A DNA stretch of 64,000 nucleotides, taken from the NCBI GenBank assembly GCA_965216565.1, contig OZ244170.1, forward strand, positions 1,312,001-1,376,000, given 5' to 3'. Shown here in pieces: positions 47,831 through 58,289 of this stretch; within the stretch, counting starts at the first letter, position 1; each line of letters opens with the position of its first letter. The notes under the pieces were generated by a model. It searched no databases, had not been told where the DNA came from, and saw nothing but the letters and a program-made list of their open reading frames with translations. This stretch comes from Bythopirellula sp. (GTDB taxonomy: Bacteria > Planctomycetota > Planctomycetia > Pirellulales > Lacipirellulaceae). The position numbers and the translations under genes are program-made.

Positions 47831-48652
47831 ATGCAAATCTACGGCATCGATTTTACTTCCGCCCCTAGTACCGCCAAGCCGCTCACTTGCGCCGTTGGTG
47901 AACTTGAGGGCGACAGGCTGACGATCGAAAGAATCGATTCATGGGATTCGTTCGCACCCTTCGAAGCATACTTAACGCAAGCTGGACCTTGGAGGGCCGC
48001 CGTTGATTTCCCGATCGGCCAGCCTCGCCGTTTAGTCAGGGCACTCGGTTGGCCGGAAAGTTGGGATGAGTATGCTCAATTGGTCGGTCAGATGTCGAAA
48101 ACAGAGTTTATTGAATTGATTGACGAGTACCGGAGCAAGCAACCGCCAGGCGACAAACATCACATGCGCGTGACAGACAAGTTGGCTGGGAGTTGCAGCC
48201 CGATGATGCTTTACGGGGTACCCGTTGGAAAGATGTTCTTCGAGGGCGCTCCACGCCTACAGCGTGCTGGCGTTTCTGTACTGCCTTGTCGCCCCAACAA
48301 ATCCGAGCGAGTGGTTATCGAAGGTTATCCTGCACTCGTCGTGCGGCAGCTAATCGGCAAACGCTCCTACAAGAGCGAAAAGGCCAAACTGCCTACTCAC
48401 GTGGCGTCTCGTCGTGAGATAGTAGAACGCTGTGAAGCAGATACACTGAAGAGCGCCTACGGCGTATCGGTTCGACTCGCGAAAAAAATAGCCGATCAGA
48501 TAATTGATGACCCTAAAGGCGATGGACTCGATAGTGTTTTATGCGCTCTCCAAGCGGCTTCATTCGAGTTGAAAAATCAGACAGCTCAGCCGATCCCACG
48601 GCAGGCAGACCCGCTTGAAGGATGGATCGTCGACTTAAGCTATTCCATTTAG
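47831..48652 (+). CDS. DUF429 family protein (predicted RNase H-like nuclease)
   Basis: YGIDFTSAP, AVDFPIGQP, R.TD, EGYP, DGLDSVLC and EGWI. Confidence 0.78.
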   Translation: MQIYGIDFTSAPSTAKPLTCAVGELEGDRLTIERIDSWDSFAPFEAYLTQAGPWRAAVDFPIGQPRRLVRALGWPESWDEYAQLVGQMSKTEFIELIDEYRSKQPPGDKHHMRVTDKLAGSCSPMMLYGVPVGKMFFEGAPRLQRAGVSVLPCRPNKSERVVIEGYPALVVRQLIGKRSYKSEKAKLPTHVASRREIVERCEADTLKSAYGVSVRLAKKIADQIIDDPKGDGLDSVLCALQAASFELKNQTAQPIPRQADPLEGWIVDLSYSI

Positions 48653-49080
48653 ATCGCGATGCTTATCGATCCTGAAGCGGATCGCATCTCTGCAACTTAC
48701 CTCTGTTAGTCCGGTGCAGTGCACGGATCACGGCGTGTAATGATCGCGTCACCTTTGCCAATCACCTAATAAGTCGGGGTTTCCAAGGATTGTCGCTGGC
48801 TACGGCTCTTCGCTGAAAACCATGATGAATGCCAGTGGTCTTTTGGCTGCCGTCGCCTTGAGTGCTGTCGGTGGTAGAAAAGGAGATCATGCAATGCAGA
48901 TCAAAATCTAAACTCATGCGTTATCCATACCTCTTTCTTGTGCAACGATCAAACGTAGCTGGACCATAGAACAGCTCGGCGAAGAATGGCTCAGGCCAAA
49001 CTCCAGGAGCTGCTTTCGGCTACTGTCGGCACAAGGCGGTCACCTAACGTGGAACAATAGTAATTTTGCCGAACGTTGTT

Positions 49081-50331
49081 TCAAAAGGAATCGTTGAAAT
49101 CCTCTATAACAGCTTCAGCAGCACGGCGGCCAGAGCCCATGGCGCCGTTGATTGATGCAGTGTCGCAATAGTCGCCACAGCGGTAGATGCCAACTATGAT
49201 ACGTGGACTCTTACTCACGACTGAAAGTGCTGGTGGAACTTGACGGGGCAGGGCGTACTCAATCGGGTATGTACGCAAATGCTGCCACGTGTCGACTGTC
49301 GAGCCAAACCACTCGCGTAGTTGCTTCACAACATCGCTAACCATTGATTCCACATTTGTCCACTGGAGAGCTGTGACGGAGATCAGTGCTTGGTGTGGTG
49401 GGGCGTAGGTTGGTGCTACCTGACTTGGCACGCAGACGTTGTTCACCGGCCCGCGGCCGTCTCCGTTGAGCATAAGGATCGGTTCCTCGATCGGAGGCTT
49501 GTCCGCCGCGAAGTAAATGCATGCCACACGATTCGCTTTACTGGTTGGCTGCTCGCCAGTGAGCTTAGCTGCGGCTGGCTCCTCGGTCGCAACAACGATC
49601 CGTCTAGCGCTAAGCTGTTTTCCCGAGGCTAGTTCGACATGCCGCTGGTTGACTGCCTTCACCGGCGTGTCCAGCCGCAAAACACCATCGGGCAGTCGAT
49701 CCGCCAATTGTTGCGGAATCGCTTTCATGCCGTCCGCTGGGATCGCGACATCGCCACTGGAAAACATTCGAAATACAAATTCACACAGTCGACTTGATGT
49801 CCTTAAATCGCGATCCAAGAACACACCGCCGAGAAATGGACGAAAAAACCGTTCGATGATGGTGGGCGAGAAGCCTCGCTGCCGCAGCATCTCGATGGTC
49901 GTTTGCTCTGGCCGCTCGTAGAGCTGCTCAAGATCACCTGCTGAGACGTCGCGTCGGAACTTCGCAATTCGCAATTTATCAAGAAAGGTCGCCGACGGTG
50001 AAAAGGCTGTTGCAAATAGGTGACGCGGCCGCCGCCATGGATCTGACAAACGGTGGAATGCTCCGTCGTGCCAGATGAGAGACCCCGGTTCGAAGTGGTG
50101 CAGTTGAAGATTGTCGTAGTCCAGCGTCTGCTTGGCCTCAGGATATGCGGTTAATAAGACTTGAAAGCCTCGATCGAGCAAAAACCCGTGGTGATGATCG
50201 GTCGCAATCCTGCCACCTGGAGTCCCGCTGGACTCGAGGACGAGCACATTGAAATCGTTCGAACAGAGCTTCTCCGCGCAGGTCAGCCCGGCGATGCCAG
50301 CGCCAACGATGATCACATCCCATTCCGCCAT
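49081..50331 (-). CDS. Flavin-containing amine oxidase / protoporphyrinogen oxidase-like FAD oxidoreductase
   Basis: VIIVGAGIAGL, GGRIATD..GFLLDRGFQVL and CGD...ASINGAM.SG; start ATG 50331. Confidence 0.85.
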   Translation of the reverse strand: MAEWDVIIVGAGIAGLTCAEKLCSNDFNVLVLESSGTPGGRIATDHHHGFLLDRGFQVLLTAYPEAKQTLDYDNLQLHHFEPGSLIWHDGAFHRLSDPWRRPRHLFATAFSPSATFLDKLRIAKFRRDVSAGDLEQLYERPEQTTIEMLRQRGFSPTIIERFFRPFLGGVFLDRDLRTSSRLCEFVFRMFSSGDVAIPADGMKAIPQQLADRLPDGVLRLDTPVKAVNQRHVELASGKQLSARRIVVATEEPAAAKLTGEQPTSKANRVACIYFAADKPPIEEPILMLNGDGRGPVNNVCVPSQVAPTYAPPHQALISVTALQWTNVESMVSDVVKQLREWFGSTVDTWQHLRTYPIEYALPRQVPPALSVVSKSPRIIVGIYRCGDYCDTASINGAMGSGRRAAEAVIEDFNDSF

Positions 50332-50339
50332 ACTGATTC

Positions 50340-50897
50340 TCACCACCCGGAAGTTCCCGACTCGCCTTTGAAAGGCCCAACTAGCTCTGGAGTGATCCAG
50401 CCCCCATAAAAACCGCCAGGTTGTGGTTTCACTGCATGCCCGCCGACGTAGCAATCAACACGTCCTGGGTAAAAAGAAAAGTGACCTCGAATCGCCTCAT
50501 ACTCGGGGAACAGCTGCTCGTAGGACCAGCCGATGGCACCCTGTGGTGCAGGTTCACCAGTGGTTAGAGACCAGTAGATTGCTTGTCCTTTCCACTCGCA
50601 AAACGAATGGCCTTCCGAGCGACTCAATAACTCTACGCATACATCTCCTGCCGGTAGGTAGAAGGTAGGCGGGCTTGCCGTCTCGCAAATTCGCAGAGCC
50701 GCCTTAGTATTTGCTAGCTCAATCCCCCGATAGCTGACAATTACTTCCCGTTCGTCCGGCACAATAGACGGGGGCCGAGGATAATCCCAAACCGACTCCT
50801 GGTCGTCGCCGGGAGGTATGGCAAAATGCGGACGCTCTCTTCCATTGTACGTCCACATGCTCCGGGCTTGTTTCACTCTATCGGGAATTGCCATCAT
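50340..50897 (-). CDS. DUF427 domain protein
   Basis: ESVWDYPRPP, ETASPPTFY, SFCEWKG.A.Y, WSY and PQPGGFYGGWIT. Confidence 0.88.
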   Translation of the reverse strand: MMAIPDRVKQARSMWTYNGRERPHFAIPPGDDQESVWDYPRPPSIVPDEREVIVSYRGIELANTKAALRICETASPPTFYLPAGDVCVELLSRSEGHSFCEWKGQAIYWSLTTGEPAPQGAIGWSYEQLFPEYEAIRGHFSFYPGRVDCYVGGHAVKPQPGGFYGGWITPELVGPFKGESGTSGW

Positions 50898-51212
50898 TCG
50901 CTCTGCAAAATACAAGCTCGAGGGATAAGCCACCGAGAAAGGTAAAAATGGTAAGGTTCTTTGATTGTGCCCCTACAAAGACCGCCAAACAAACGAACTT
51001 CTCGTACGATAGTGGAATCCAGTTGGGAGCTATTCGATTGCATCCGCCATAGTGTTCTACGGAAGAAATTACTCGTAGGCTAGTGACTATAGACATTAGT
51101 AGGGATTCGACAACTGGCGTAATCTAAACCGCGACTGTTTCTTTTGCGAGGATCACAAGCGGCGAGATACAAAAAGTCCTACAATCCGCCACTTTCTGAG
51201 TGAGGGGGGAAG

Positions 51213-51674
51213 ATGAAATCGAAAGCACGCGATCACGAAACTTACATGCGGGAAGCAATAGCCGCCGCACGCGGGAACCCGAGCGCGCCATTTGGAGCTG
51301 TGCTCGTTGATCGCAATCTCAACTCGATTGTGGGTCGGGGATGCAATCAATCAAAAACGAATCCAACCTGGCACGGAGAGATCGCAGCGATCAACGACTA
51401 TGTGAGACAAGGTGGCAAGAGTTGGAGCCAATTGACACTCTACACAACCGCCGAACCGTGTTGCATGTGCCAAGGGGCAATCCTATGGTCAGGAATCACC
51501 GAGGTGGTCTTCGGCACCTCGATTGCCGAACTGCAGCGGCAAGGTTGGCAGCAGATCGATATCCCATCCCAAGAAGTCGTCTCACGGAGTTGGCAGCCAA
51601 ACCTATTAATCACTGCGAATGTGCTTGCGAGAGAATGCAAAGAACTGTTTCGCAGTGCAATCGAGGAACAATGA
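51213..51674 (+). CDS. Zn-dependent nucleoside/nucleobase deaminase (CDA/TadA/guanine deaminase superfamily)
   Basis: PFGAVLV, HGE and EPCCMC motifs. Confidence 0.88.
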   Translation: MKSKARDHETYMREAIAAARGNPSAPFGAVLVDRNLNSIVGRGCNQSKTNPTWHGEIAAINDYVRQGGKSWSQLTLYTTAEPCCMCQGAILWSGITEVVFGTSIAELQRQGWQQIDIPSQEVVSRSWQPNLLITANVLARECKELFRSAIEEQ

Positions 51675-51722
51675 GAATCAGGAGAGTACTGATAAGGATC
51701 GAAGATTACGGGGCTTGAGAAA

Positions 51723-53180
51723 TTACGCCTCGCTTTTCGAAGATTCCGCGAAATCTACAATCCGGCTGAGCATGCCTTGGAAAATAATGACGTGCAGCGG
51801 GTAGAGTGCATACCAGTAAATGATTCCCCACAAGCCCACCGGATCGAATATCGCCGTCTGGCGAATGGATGAACCATCTTCTTCTGGCTCTACTTCAAAC
51901 TCGAGCCATGCGCGACCGGGCACTTTCATTTCTGCCAGCAACCGCAATTTACGATCAGGCACGTATTCCTCCACTCGCCACCAATCCAGCACGTCGCCCA
52001 CGCAGAGATGATCCGGGTCGCGCCGACCACGTCGAATTCCCACACCACCACAAATGAGGTCGATCCAGCCGCGTAGCGTCCAGAGGAAGTCCGTAAAGTA
52101 CCATCCATTTTTGCCGCCGATGCGTCGAATGGGTGTGAAAGCTTCGGCCGGCCAGGCATCAGCGTGCATCGCGCGGGTATCGATGATTCGGTTGCCAAAA
52201 CGCACGCCTCCCCAATTGCGGACTCCTCGGGCTGAAGAGAGCGCATCGGACCACCTTGTTTGCGTGAGCTCGTGGTCTTCGTTGATGATCGCGCGCTGGA
52301 TTGCTTCGCTGAAACCACGCGGTTTCACTGGGAATTCGTCGAGGGCGGAGTGATCCTTGATGATCGTGGGATTGCGTAGACTATCGACGAGTTTTCGTCC
52401 CACGCGGGCGTACACCGGAGTGACAAGACCCAACCATAGGCTAGAGAGTCTCGGTGTCAGTACTGGCACAGAAATCAGCCATCGCCGGAGACCTCGCTGA
52501 CGTGCCCACTCCTGCATGATGTCGCCATAGCTGACTTGGTCGGGACCACCGATTTCAAAAACCCGACTTTCCGAGCCTTTCCAGTCGAGGGCAGCCAGCA
52601 AATAAGCCAGCAAGTCTTCGATCGCGATCGGCTGCGTTTGTACGCTGACCCATTTCGGGCAAATCATCACGGGCAGCCTTTGAACCAAAGCCCGCACTAA
52701 TTCGAAAGAGAGGCTTCCCGAGCCAATCACAATCGACGCTCGAAATTCAATAACTGTGCATCCCGATTCTTTGAGAATCTCGCCGACTTCATGTCGACTA
52801 CGAAGATGAGGAGAAAGTTGTTCATCATCATCGCCTAGGCCACCAAGATAGACAATTCGCTTCAGACCCGCTTTACGAGCAGCCTCTGCAAAGTTCCGAG
52901 CAGCAATTCGGTCTCTCTCTTCAAAAGAACCGCTTGCGCCCATGGAATGCACCAAATAGTACGCGGTCTCGATCCCATCGAAAGCACCCACTAGTGAATC
53001 GGCGTCAAGTACGTCACCTTGAACTATCTCAGCTGCTAGGTTCGTGCAGTCTCCTAGATTCTTCGGCTGCCGAACCAGGCAACGTACTTGTTGGCCTTGA
53101 GACTCGAGCAATGGCAACAACCTACCGCCAACGTAGCCGGTGGCTCCGGTGAGTAAAATTGTCGCGGTCGTGTCGCTCAT
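51723..53180 (-). CDS. Extended SDR/NAD(P)-binding protein with C-terminal DUF2867 (YbjT-like)
   Basis: TGATGYVG, YYLVHSM, HLRSRHEVG, IGG..GWY and AEMKVPGRAWLEF; start ATG 53180. Confidence 0.88.
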   Translation of the reverse strand: MSDTTATILLTGATGYVGGRLLPLLESQGQQVRCLVRQPKNLGDCTNLAAEIVQGDVLDADSLVGAFDGIETAYYLVHSMGASGSFEERDRIAARNFAEAARKAGLKRIVYLGGLGDDDEQLSPHLRSRHEVGEILKESGCTVIEFRASIVIGSGSLSFELVRALVQRLPVMICPKWVSVQTQPIAIEDLLAYLLAALDWKGSESRVFEIGGPDQVSYGDIMQEWARQRGLRRWLISVPVLTPRLSSLWLGLVTPVYARVGRKLVDSLRNPTIIKDHSALDEFPVKPRGFSEAIQRAIINEDHELTQTRWSDALSSARGVRNWGGVRFGNRIIDTRAMHADAWPAEAFTPIRRIGGKNGWYFTDFLWTLRGWIDLICGGVGIRRGRRDPDHLCVGDVLDWWRVEEYVPDRKLRLLAEMKVPGRAWLEFEVEPEEDGSSIRQTAIFDPVGLWGIIYWYALYPLHVIIFQGMLSRIVDFAESSKSEA

Positions 53181-53671
53181 GACAAAGTGTTTACTGACTG
53201 TGTGATTGCTGAATTGGCTACTGCAGTGCTGATGACTTGACCAACCATCCAAATGACCAAGAGTCCACGCACTGACCAAGCAGCCGTACGAAACCAATTC
53301 CCGCGAACCAAGCGTTGCTGGACTTGCTCGTCATACGATAAGGCGAGGGTCGCATGTTGAGGCACTTGGACGCCGTAGGTGGTTAACCAGATGGAAACCA
53401 ATAGCACCATGCCGATCCACAGCGTGATCGGCTCCAGTCCGACGGGACGACACCAGATCAGGATGATAGCAGTTGCCAGCTCCGTCAGCATCCCCGGCCC
53501 AACAATCCAAGCGACGAGCCGCTGATGGTCCATCTCGTAACGCCGAAAACTACTGCGTCCCACTCTAGAAAACAGAGGGTAATGAACGATCTGGACAAAC
53601 CAGATGAGGCCGACCATCGCAAGAGTCGCGGCAACATGCAACAGTAAAATCCATTTTTCCAATTCCGTCAT
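53177..53671 (-). CDS. Conserved 4-TM membrane protein
   Basis: GLIWFVQIVHYPLF, QVPQH and NWFRT..W; overlaps the next gene by 4 bp. Confidence 0.75.
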   Translation of the reverse strand: MTELEKWILLLHVAATLAMVGLIWFVQIVHYPLFSRVGRSSFRRYEMDHQRLVAWIVGPGMLTELATAIILIWCRPVGLEPITLWIGMVLLVSIWLTTYGVQVPQHATLALSYDEQVQQRLVRGNWFRTAAWSVRGLLVIWMVGQVISTAVANSAITQSVNTLS

Positions 53672-53703
53672 TCTAGGTCCTTAGAGCCACTGGTTATGTT
53701 CGT

Positions 53704-54444
53704 CTACGTAAGTTTCGCACGCACGTGCTCGCGGTTCAGTTTTGCTATCCAGTCCAAGCTGATTTCCTTGGGGCACGCAGCGGAGCACGCGCCTGTGTTG
53801 GTGCACGCGCCGAATTTCTCCTTATCCATCTGCACGATCATCCGCCCCGCTCGCTCAGCACGTTCAACTTCTCCTTGTGGAAGTGTTGCCAGATGTGAGA
53901 CTTTTGCAGCCGTGAAGAGCATGGCGGAAGCATTCTTGCATGCAGCAACACAGGCACCACAGCCAATACAGGCTGCCGCGTCCATCGCATCTTCGGCCGT
54001 TTGCTGCGGAATTGGCAGAGCATTTCCGTCAGGGGCACCGCCGGTGTTCGCCGATACATATCCCCCTGCCTGGATGATCCGATCGAAAGCGCTTCGATCA
54101 ACCATTAGGTCCTTAATAATTGGGAAGGCCGCCGCTCTGAAGGGTTCCAAATAAAGGTTGTCGCCGTCTCGAAAATTTCGCAGAAAGGTCTGACAGGACG
54201 TCGATGCTTTTTGTGGTCCGTGCGGAACGCCGTTGATAACCATGGAGCAACTGCCACAAATGCCCTCGCGGCAATCGTGATCATAGACGACAGGTTCGTT
54301 ACCCGTCGCAATCAATTCTTCGTTGATCTTGTCCAGCAACTCCAGGACCGACATATCTGGAGAGAGATTGTGTGCAGGATAAGCCAACATCTCTCCTTGA
54401 TTGTCGGAGCGATCTTGCCGCCATACGTGTACGGTGAGATTCAT
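53704..54444 (-). CDS. sdhB: Succinate dehydrogenase/fumarate reductase iron-sulfur subunit
   Basis: [20 protein letters not shown] and [12 protein letters not shown]. Confidence 0.95.
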   Translation of the reverse strand: MNLTVHVWRQDRSDNQGEMLAYPAHNLSPDMSVLELLDKINEELIATGNEPVVYDHDCREGICGSCSMVINGVPHGPQKASTSCQTFLRNFRDGDNLYLEPFRAAAFPIIKDLMVDRSAFDRIIQAGGYVSANTGGAPDGNALPIPQQTAEDAMDAAACIGCGACVAACKNASAMLFTAAKVSHLATLPQGEVERAERAGRMIVQMDKEKFGACTNTGACSAACPKEISLDWIAKLNREHVRAKLT

Positions 54445-56372
54445 TACTTATAGTTCCTCACAGCCAGTTCAACGGTCTCCAACTCAAGCGGTTCTTCATG
54501 CAAGATAGGAGCTGAATCGACGCCCCTAAACTGCCAAGCCGAAACGTTGCAGTACTCTTCGTCATTGCGTTTCGCTTCACCTTGCTCCGTTTGATGTTCC
54601 TCGCGGAAGTGAGCCCCGCAAGATTCGTCACGGGCTAAGGCGTCGTGGCACATGACCTCGGCGAACTCAAGAAAGTCGGCCACGCGTCCTGTGTGTTCCA
54701 ACGCGCTGTTCATATCCTCGTGAGCACCTGGTGCGGCGACGTCAGCGTAGAACTCTTCACGCAGCCTGGGTATGCGAGACAATGCGTCTCGGAGCCCCTG
54801 TTCATGACGCGACATGCCGCATGCTTCAATCATCAGTTCTCCGAGTTGACGGTGAAAACTTGTGGCGGTACGTTTTCCACTACCAGACTGCAATCGCGCG
54901 ATCCTGGCTCGTGTTTCCGCTTCTGTCGTTTTGAATTCGACTTGATCGGGCTTCAGGCTACCTTGTGGCGATTGGGCAATGTAATCACTGATGGTGTATG
55001 GCAGTATGAAATAGCCATCGGCTAAACCCTGCATCAACGCACTGGCTCCCAATCGGTTGGCTCCGTGGTCCGAGAAATTCGCCTCGCCAATAACAAACAA
55101 TCCCGGCAGATTGCTCATTAAGTTGTAATCAACCCAAAGGCCGCCCATTGAATAATGAGGTGCCGGATAGATCCTCATTGGTGTAAGGTAAGGATCCTCA
55201 TCGGTAATGTGGCGATACATATCGAATAGATTGCCGTAGCGCTTTTGTATCGTTTCAACGCCAAAGTGTTCGATGGCGTCGGCAAAATCGAGATAGACTC
55301 CGCGACGGGTTGGTCCAACACCACGACCTTCGTCACAAACCTCCTTCGCCGATCGCGAGCTGATATCGCGAGGCGCGAGATTTCCGAAACTAGGATATTT
55401 TCGCTCCAGATAGTAGTCACGCTCGTCCTCGGGTATTTCGCGTGCCCGACGATCGTCTCCCTGTTGCTTAGGGACCCAGATTCGTCCGTCATTTCTGAGC
55501 GATTCCGACATGAGCGTCAACTTAGACTGATAGTCTCCGCTCGCTGGGATGCAGGTAGGATGAATTTGAGTGAAGCACGGATTCGCCATCGCCGCTCCAC
55601 GCTTGTATGCACGAAAAGCGGCCGTCACGTTGGAGGCTTTAGCATTGGTCGAGAGGTAGTAGACGTTGCTGTAGCCGCCCGTCGCCAAGACAATCGCATC
55701 TGCGGCAAAAGATTTGATCTCACCGGTTACCAAATTCCGCGTAACAATGCCCCGCGCGTGACCGTCGACAACCACTAGGTCTAGCATTTCCATTCGTGTG
55801 TGCTGAATTACTTGACCAGAGGCAATCTGTCGGCTCAGGGCTGAGTAAGCTCCCAGCAACAATTGCTGCCCGGTCTGCCCACGACAATAGAAGGTGCGGG
55901 AGACCTGCGCCCCACCAAATGAACGGTTTGCAAGTTGTCCTCCGTATTCGCGGGCGAAAGGAACACCTTGGGCAACGCATTGATCGATAATACTTGTACT
56001 GACTTGAGCAAGCCGGTAGACGTTTGCTTCGCGTGAACGGAAGTCGCCGCCTTTGATCGTGTCGTGGAACAATCGCCAGACGCTATCGCCATCGTTCTGG
56101 TAGTTTTTTGCCGCGTTGATCCCTCCTTGCGCGGCAATGCTGTGGGCTCGACGAGGACTGTCGTGAAACGTGAACGCCTCGACTTGATAACCTTGCTCGG
56201 CGAGCGACGCCGCAGCTGATGCCCCTGCAAGGCCGGTCCCAACAACGATGATTCGACGTTTACGCTTGTTTTTGGGGCTAACGAGTTTCATGTCCGCACG
56301 GTAACGCTCCCATTTCTGTTCCAGCGGGCCGTCGGGAATTTTAGCATCTAGCTGCCAATTATCAGTGATCAT
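54444..56372 (-). CDS. sdhA: Succinate dehydrogenase/fumarate reductase flavoprotein subunit
   Basis: [20 protein letters not shown] (covalent FAD His), QIHPT, HYSMGG and HGANRLG. Confidence 0.95.
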   Translation of the reverse strand: MITDNWQLDAKIPDGPLEQKWERYRADMKLVSPKNKRKRRIIVVGTGLAGASAAASLAEQGYQVEAFTFHDSPRRAHSIAAQGGINAAKNYQNDGDSVWRLFHDTIKGGDFRSREANVYRLAQVSTSIIDQCVAQGVPFAREYGGQLANRSFGGAQVSRTFYCRGQTGQQLLLGAYSALSRQIASGQVIQHTRMEMLDLVVVDGHARGIVTRNLVTGEIKSFAADAIVLATGGYSNVYYLSTNAKASNVTAAFRAYKRGAAMANPCFTQIHPTCIPASGDYQSKLTLMSESLRNDGRIWVPKQQGDDRRAREIPEDERDYYLERKYPSFGNLAPRDISSRSAKEVCDEGRGVGPTRRGVYLDFADAIEHFGVETIQKRYGNLFDMYRHITDEDPYLTPMRIYPAPHYSMGGLWVDYNLMSNLPGLFVIGEANFSDHGANRLGASALMQGLADGYFILPYTISDYIAQSPQGSLKPDQVEFKTTEAETRARIARLQSGSGKRTATSFHRQLGELMIEACGMSRHEQGLRDALSRIPRLREEFYADVAAPGAHEDMNSALEHTGRVADFLEFAEVMCHDALARDESCGAHFREEHQTEQGEAKRNDEEYCNVSAWQFRGVDSAPILHEEPLELETVELAVRNYK

Positions 56373-57139
56373 TGTGTGGCACCCTCTGTTGGCAGGCCAA
56401 TTAAACCAAGGAGTACGGCAAGCGGGATTGAAATATTGCCTAGCATCAAGATTGCCGCGACGCCCACGCCGACACGGTGAATGAGCCGACGGGAAGAGGC
56501 ACTTACTAGACCGAACGTCTGCAGCATGCTCGAGGTTGCGTGACTCAAATGCAATCCAAGAAAAAGCATGGCAAAGATGTAAGCGCCGGACACGTACATG
56601 TTGCTGAAGCTCAACACCACCATCGAGTAAACGTCGTGGCGACCTGCAGAGTCTATCAGCTGATGACTCTCCGGATTGGTTACTCCGAGCGTAAAATGCA
56701 GTAAATGGTAGATCAGGAAAGCGAAAATCACCAATCCACTCGATAACATTGTGCGGGACGCGAAGGAGGCACCAACTGGGTCTCTCACAACATACTGCTG
56801 AGGCCGGGCGGACTTATTCTGTTTTTTCAAATAGATGGCCAGCCCGAGGTGCAGAGTAAATATCGCTATTAATCCGATCCGCGCAGACCAGAGTGATGCT
56901 GGCATGCTTTTTAAAAATTTTGCGTAGGCATTTAAGGCTTCTTGGCCTAGATAGATTTGAAGGTTTCCCAGCATGTGAGTGGCTACGAAACCGATCAAAC
57001 CCGCACCGGTGATTGCCATCAAAAACTTCGCCGATACATAAGTGAGCGGAGCGTTTGTAGCCTGAGCCTGCGTGCTGCCGTGCACGGCTGTCACATCAGC
57101 AGTTATCGGTGGTGTTTTGTCGATTGTTGTGGTTACCAT
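56369..57139 (-). CDS. sdhC: Succinate dehydrogenase cytochrome b subunit
   Basis: K.LMAITG, HMLGN, HLLHFT and HLSH heme His residues; five TM; start ATG 57139. Confidence 0.9.
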   Translation of the reverse strand: MVTTTIDKTPPITADVTAVHGSTQAQATNAPLTYVSAKFLMAITGAGLIGFVATHMLGNLQIYLGQEALNAYAKFLKSMPASLWSARIGLIAIFTLHLGLAIYLKKQNKSARPQQYVVRDPVGASFASRTMLSSGLVIFAFLIYHLLHFTLGVTNPESHQLIDSAGRHDVYSMVVLSFSNMYVSGAYIFAMLFLGLHLSHATSSMLQTFGLVSASSRRLIHRVGVGVAAILMLGNISIPLAVLLGLIGLPTEGATQ

Positions 57140-57259
57140 TGCTCTTGTTCCTTGTAGCCAAGCGGATAGACAGCATTGACTAGAAAGCAAACCGCCTACA
57201 ACACAGGGGGATTAACTCCTGAAAATGCTGTGCGGCAGTGCGTTGAGACAATCAGCATA

Positions 57260-57412
57260 CTACTGATCGCGAACATCGACGCGTCCTGCTTTCGCATTGC
57301 TGCACCGTTTACTACAGAAGCGGACCTCGCTCCAGCATCGGGACCATTTCTTCCGCCACGCAAAGGGCCGGCCACAGGCAACACAGATCTTCGTGGGGAG
57401 AGGCTTACGCAT
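57260..57412 (-). CDS. DUF2256 domain protein
   Basis: [30 protein letters not shown]. Confidence 0.9.
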   Translation of the reverse strand: MRKPLPTKICVACGRPFAWRKKWSRCWSEVRFCSKRCSNAKAGRVDVRDQ

Positions 57413-57485
57413 AGTAGAATATTTCATTGCAACTGGATCTACACGCGGCAAGCAATTCAACCTAACCCCGCAGCTGTCGCTGATT

Positions 57486-57845
57486 TCACGCAAAGCTATT
57501 TTTCGCTAAGGCGGCAGCGGCAGTGCGAGCTCTCAGGCTCAGAGCTGGTAAACCGAACAGGATCCACACCTTGGAACCACGCTTGTACCCCATTGAAAAC
57601 ACAGGTTTGCTGGCGATCTGTATTTCCACCGCTGCACGGAGCTGATCAAGTGCAAACTTGATCTGGTGTAATCGTCTAAGCCGCTTGCCCCGTGGCAAGC
57701 CGAGCCGAAGCATTTTCAGCCCGGTTGCCACATCGGGGACTTCTACGACGATTGTGCGATCTACGCTGCGAATCGTCAGAGGGCAGGAATCGATTTCGCA
57801 CTGCAGATCAGCGCTAAACTCCAACGCTTTCAGATCGTAGGCCAT
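57486..57845 (-). CDS. Hypothetical protein
   Basis: 119-aa ORF tightly packed (2-bp gap) behind 57848-58060. Confidence 0.6.
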   Translation of the reverse strand: MAYDLKALEFSADLQCEIDSCPLTIRSVDRTIVVEVPDVATGLKMLRLGLPRGKRLRRLHQIKFALDQLRAAVEIQIASKPVFSMGYKRGSKVWILFGLPALSLRARTAAAALAKNSFA

Positions 57846-57847
57846 GA

Positions 57848-58060
57848 TTAGGCCTCAGCATGTTGGCCGTTGCGCGTCGTGATACGCAAAGTTCCATTCA
57901 TTTTCCACCTTGCGTGTTCAGCATCGGATGCTGTCGAACTCGGGATATGTAGTTCGAAATTGTCAAAATCGTAAGCGATTTCGGCATCGCGACCTGTCAG
58001 GCGGTCATAGAGTCCAATTGCTAGGTCTGGCCATGTTTTGGTGTCTTTAGTATCCGGCAT
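57848..58060 (-). CDS. Small hypothetical protein (70 aa)
   Basis: MPDTKDTKTWPDLAIGLYDRLTGRDAEIAYDF...WKMNGTLRITT; GGAG RBS before ATG 58060. Confidence 0.72.
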   Translation of the reverse strand: MPDTKDTKTWPDLAIGLYDRLTGRDAEIAYDFDNFELHIPSSTASDAEHARWKMNGTLRITTRNGQHAEA

Positions 58061-58289
58061 GGTAGAAGTCTCCGAAATGGGGGTGAGTTGAGCCGGATTC
58101 GCTTCCGGCTTGCATCGGCACTTTAGATCGCGGAAACAGAAAGGCAAGTGCAGTATTTCAAGGAGATAGGCAGCTTGCGGGAGGTTAATCAGCTGCTAAT
58201 TTTACGGATGGTGCAATACGCACAAATAAACGTGACTGAGCGAGCACTTGAAAATAGTCGTTTCACGGTCAGCAGCGAAGGAGTTCGAT

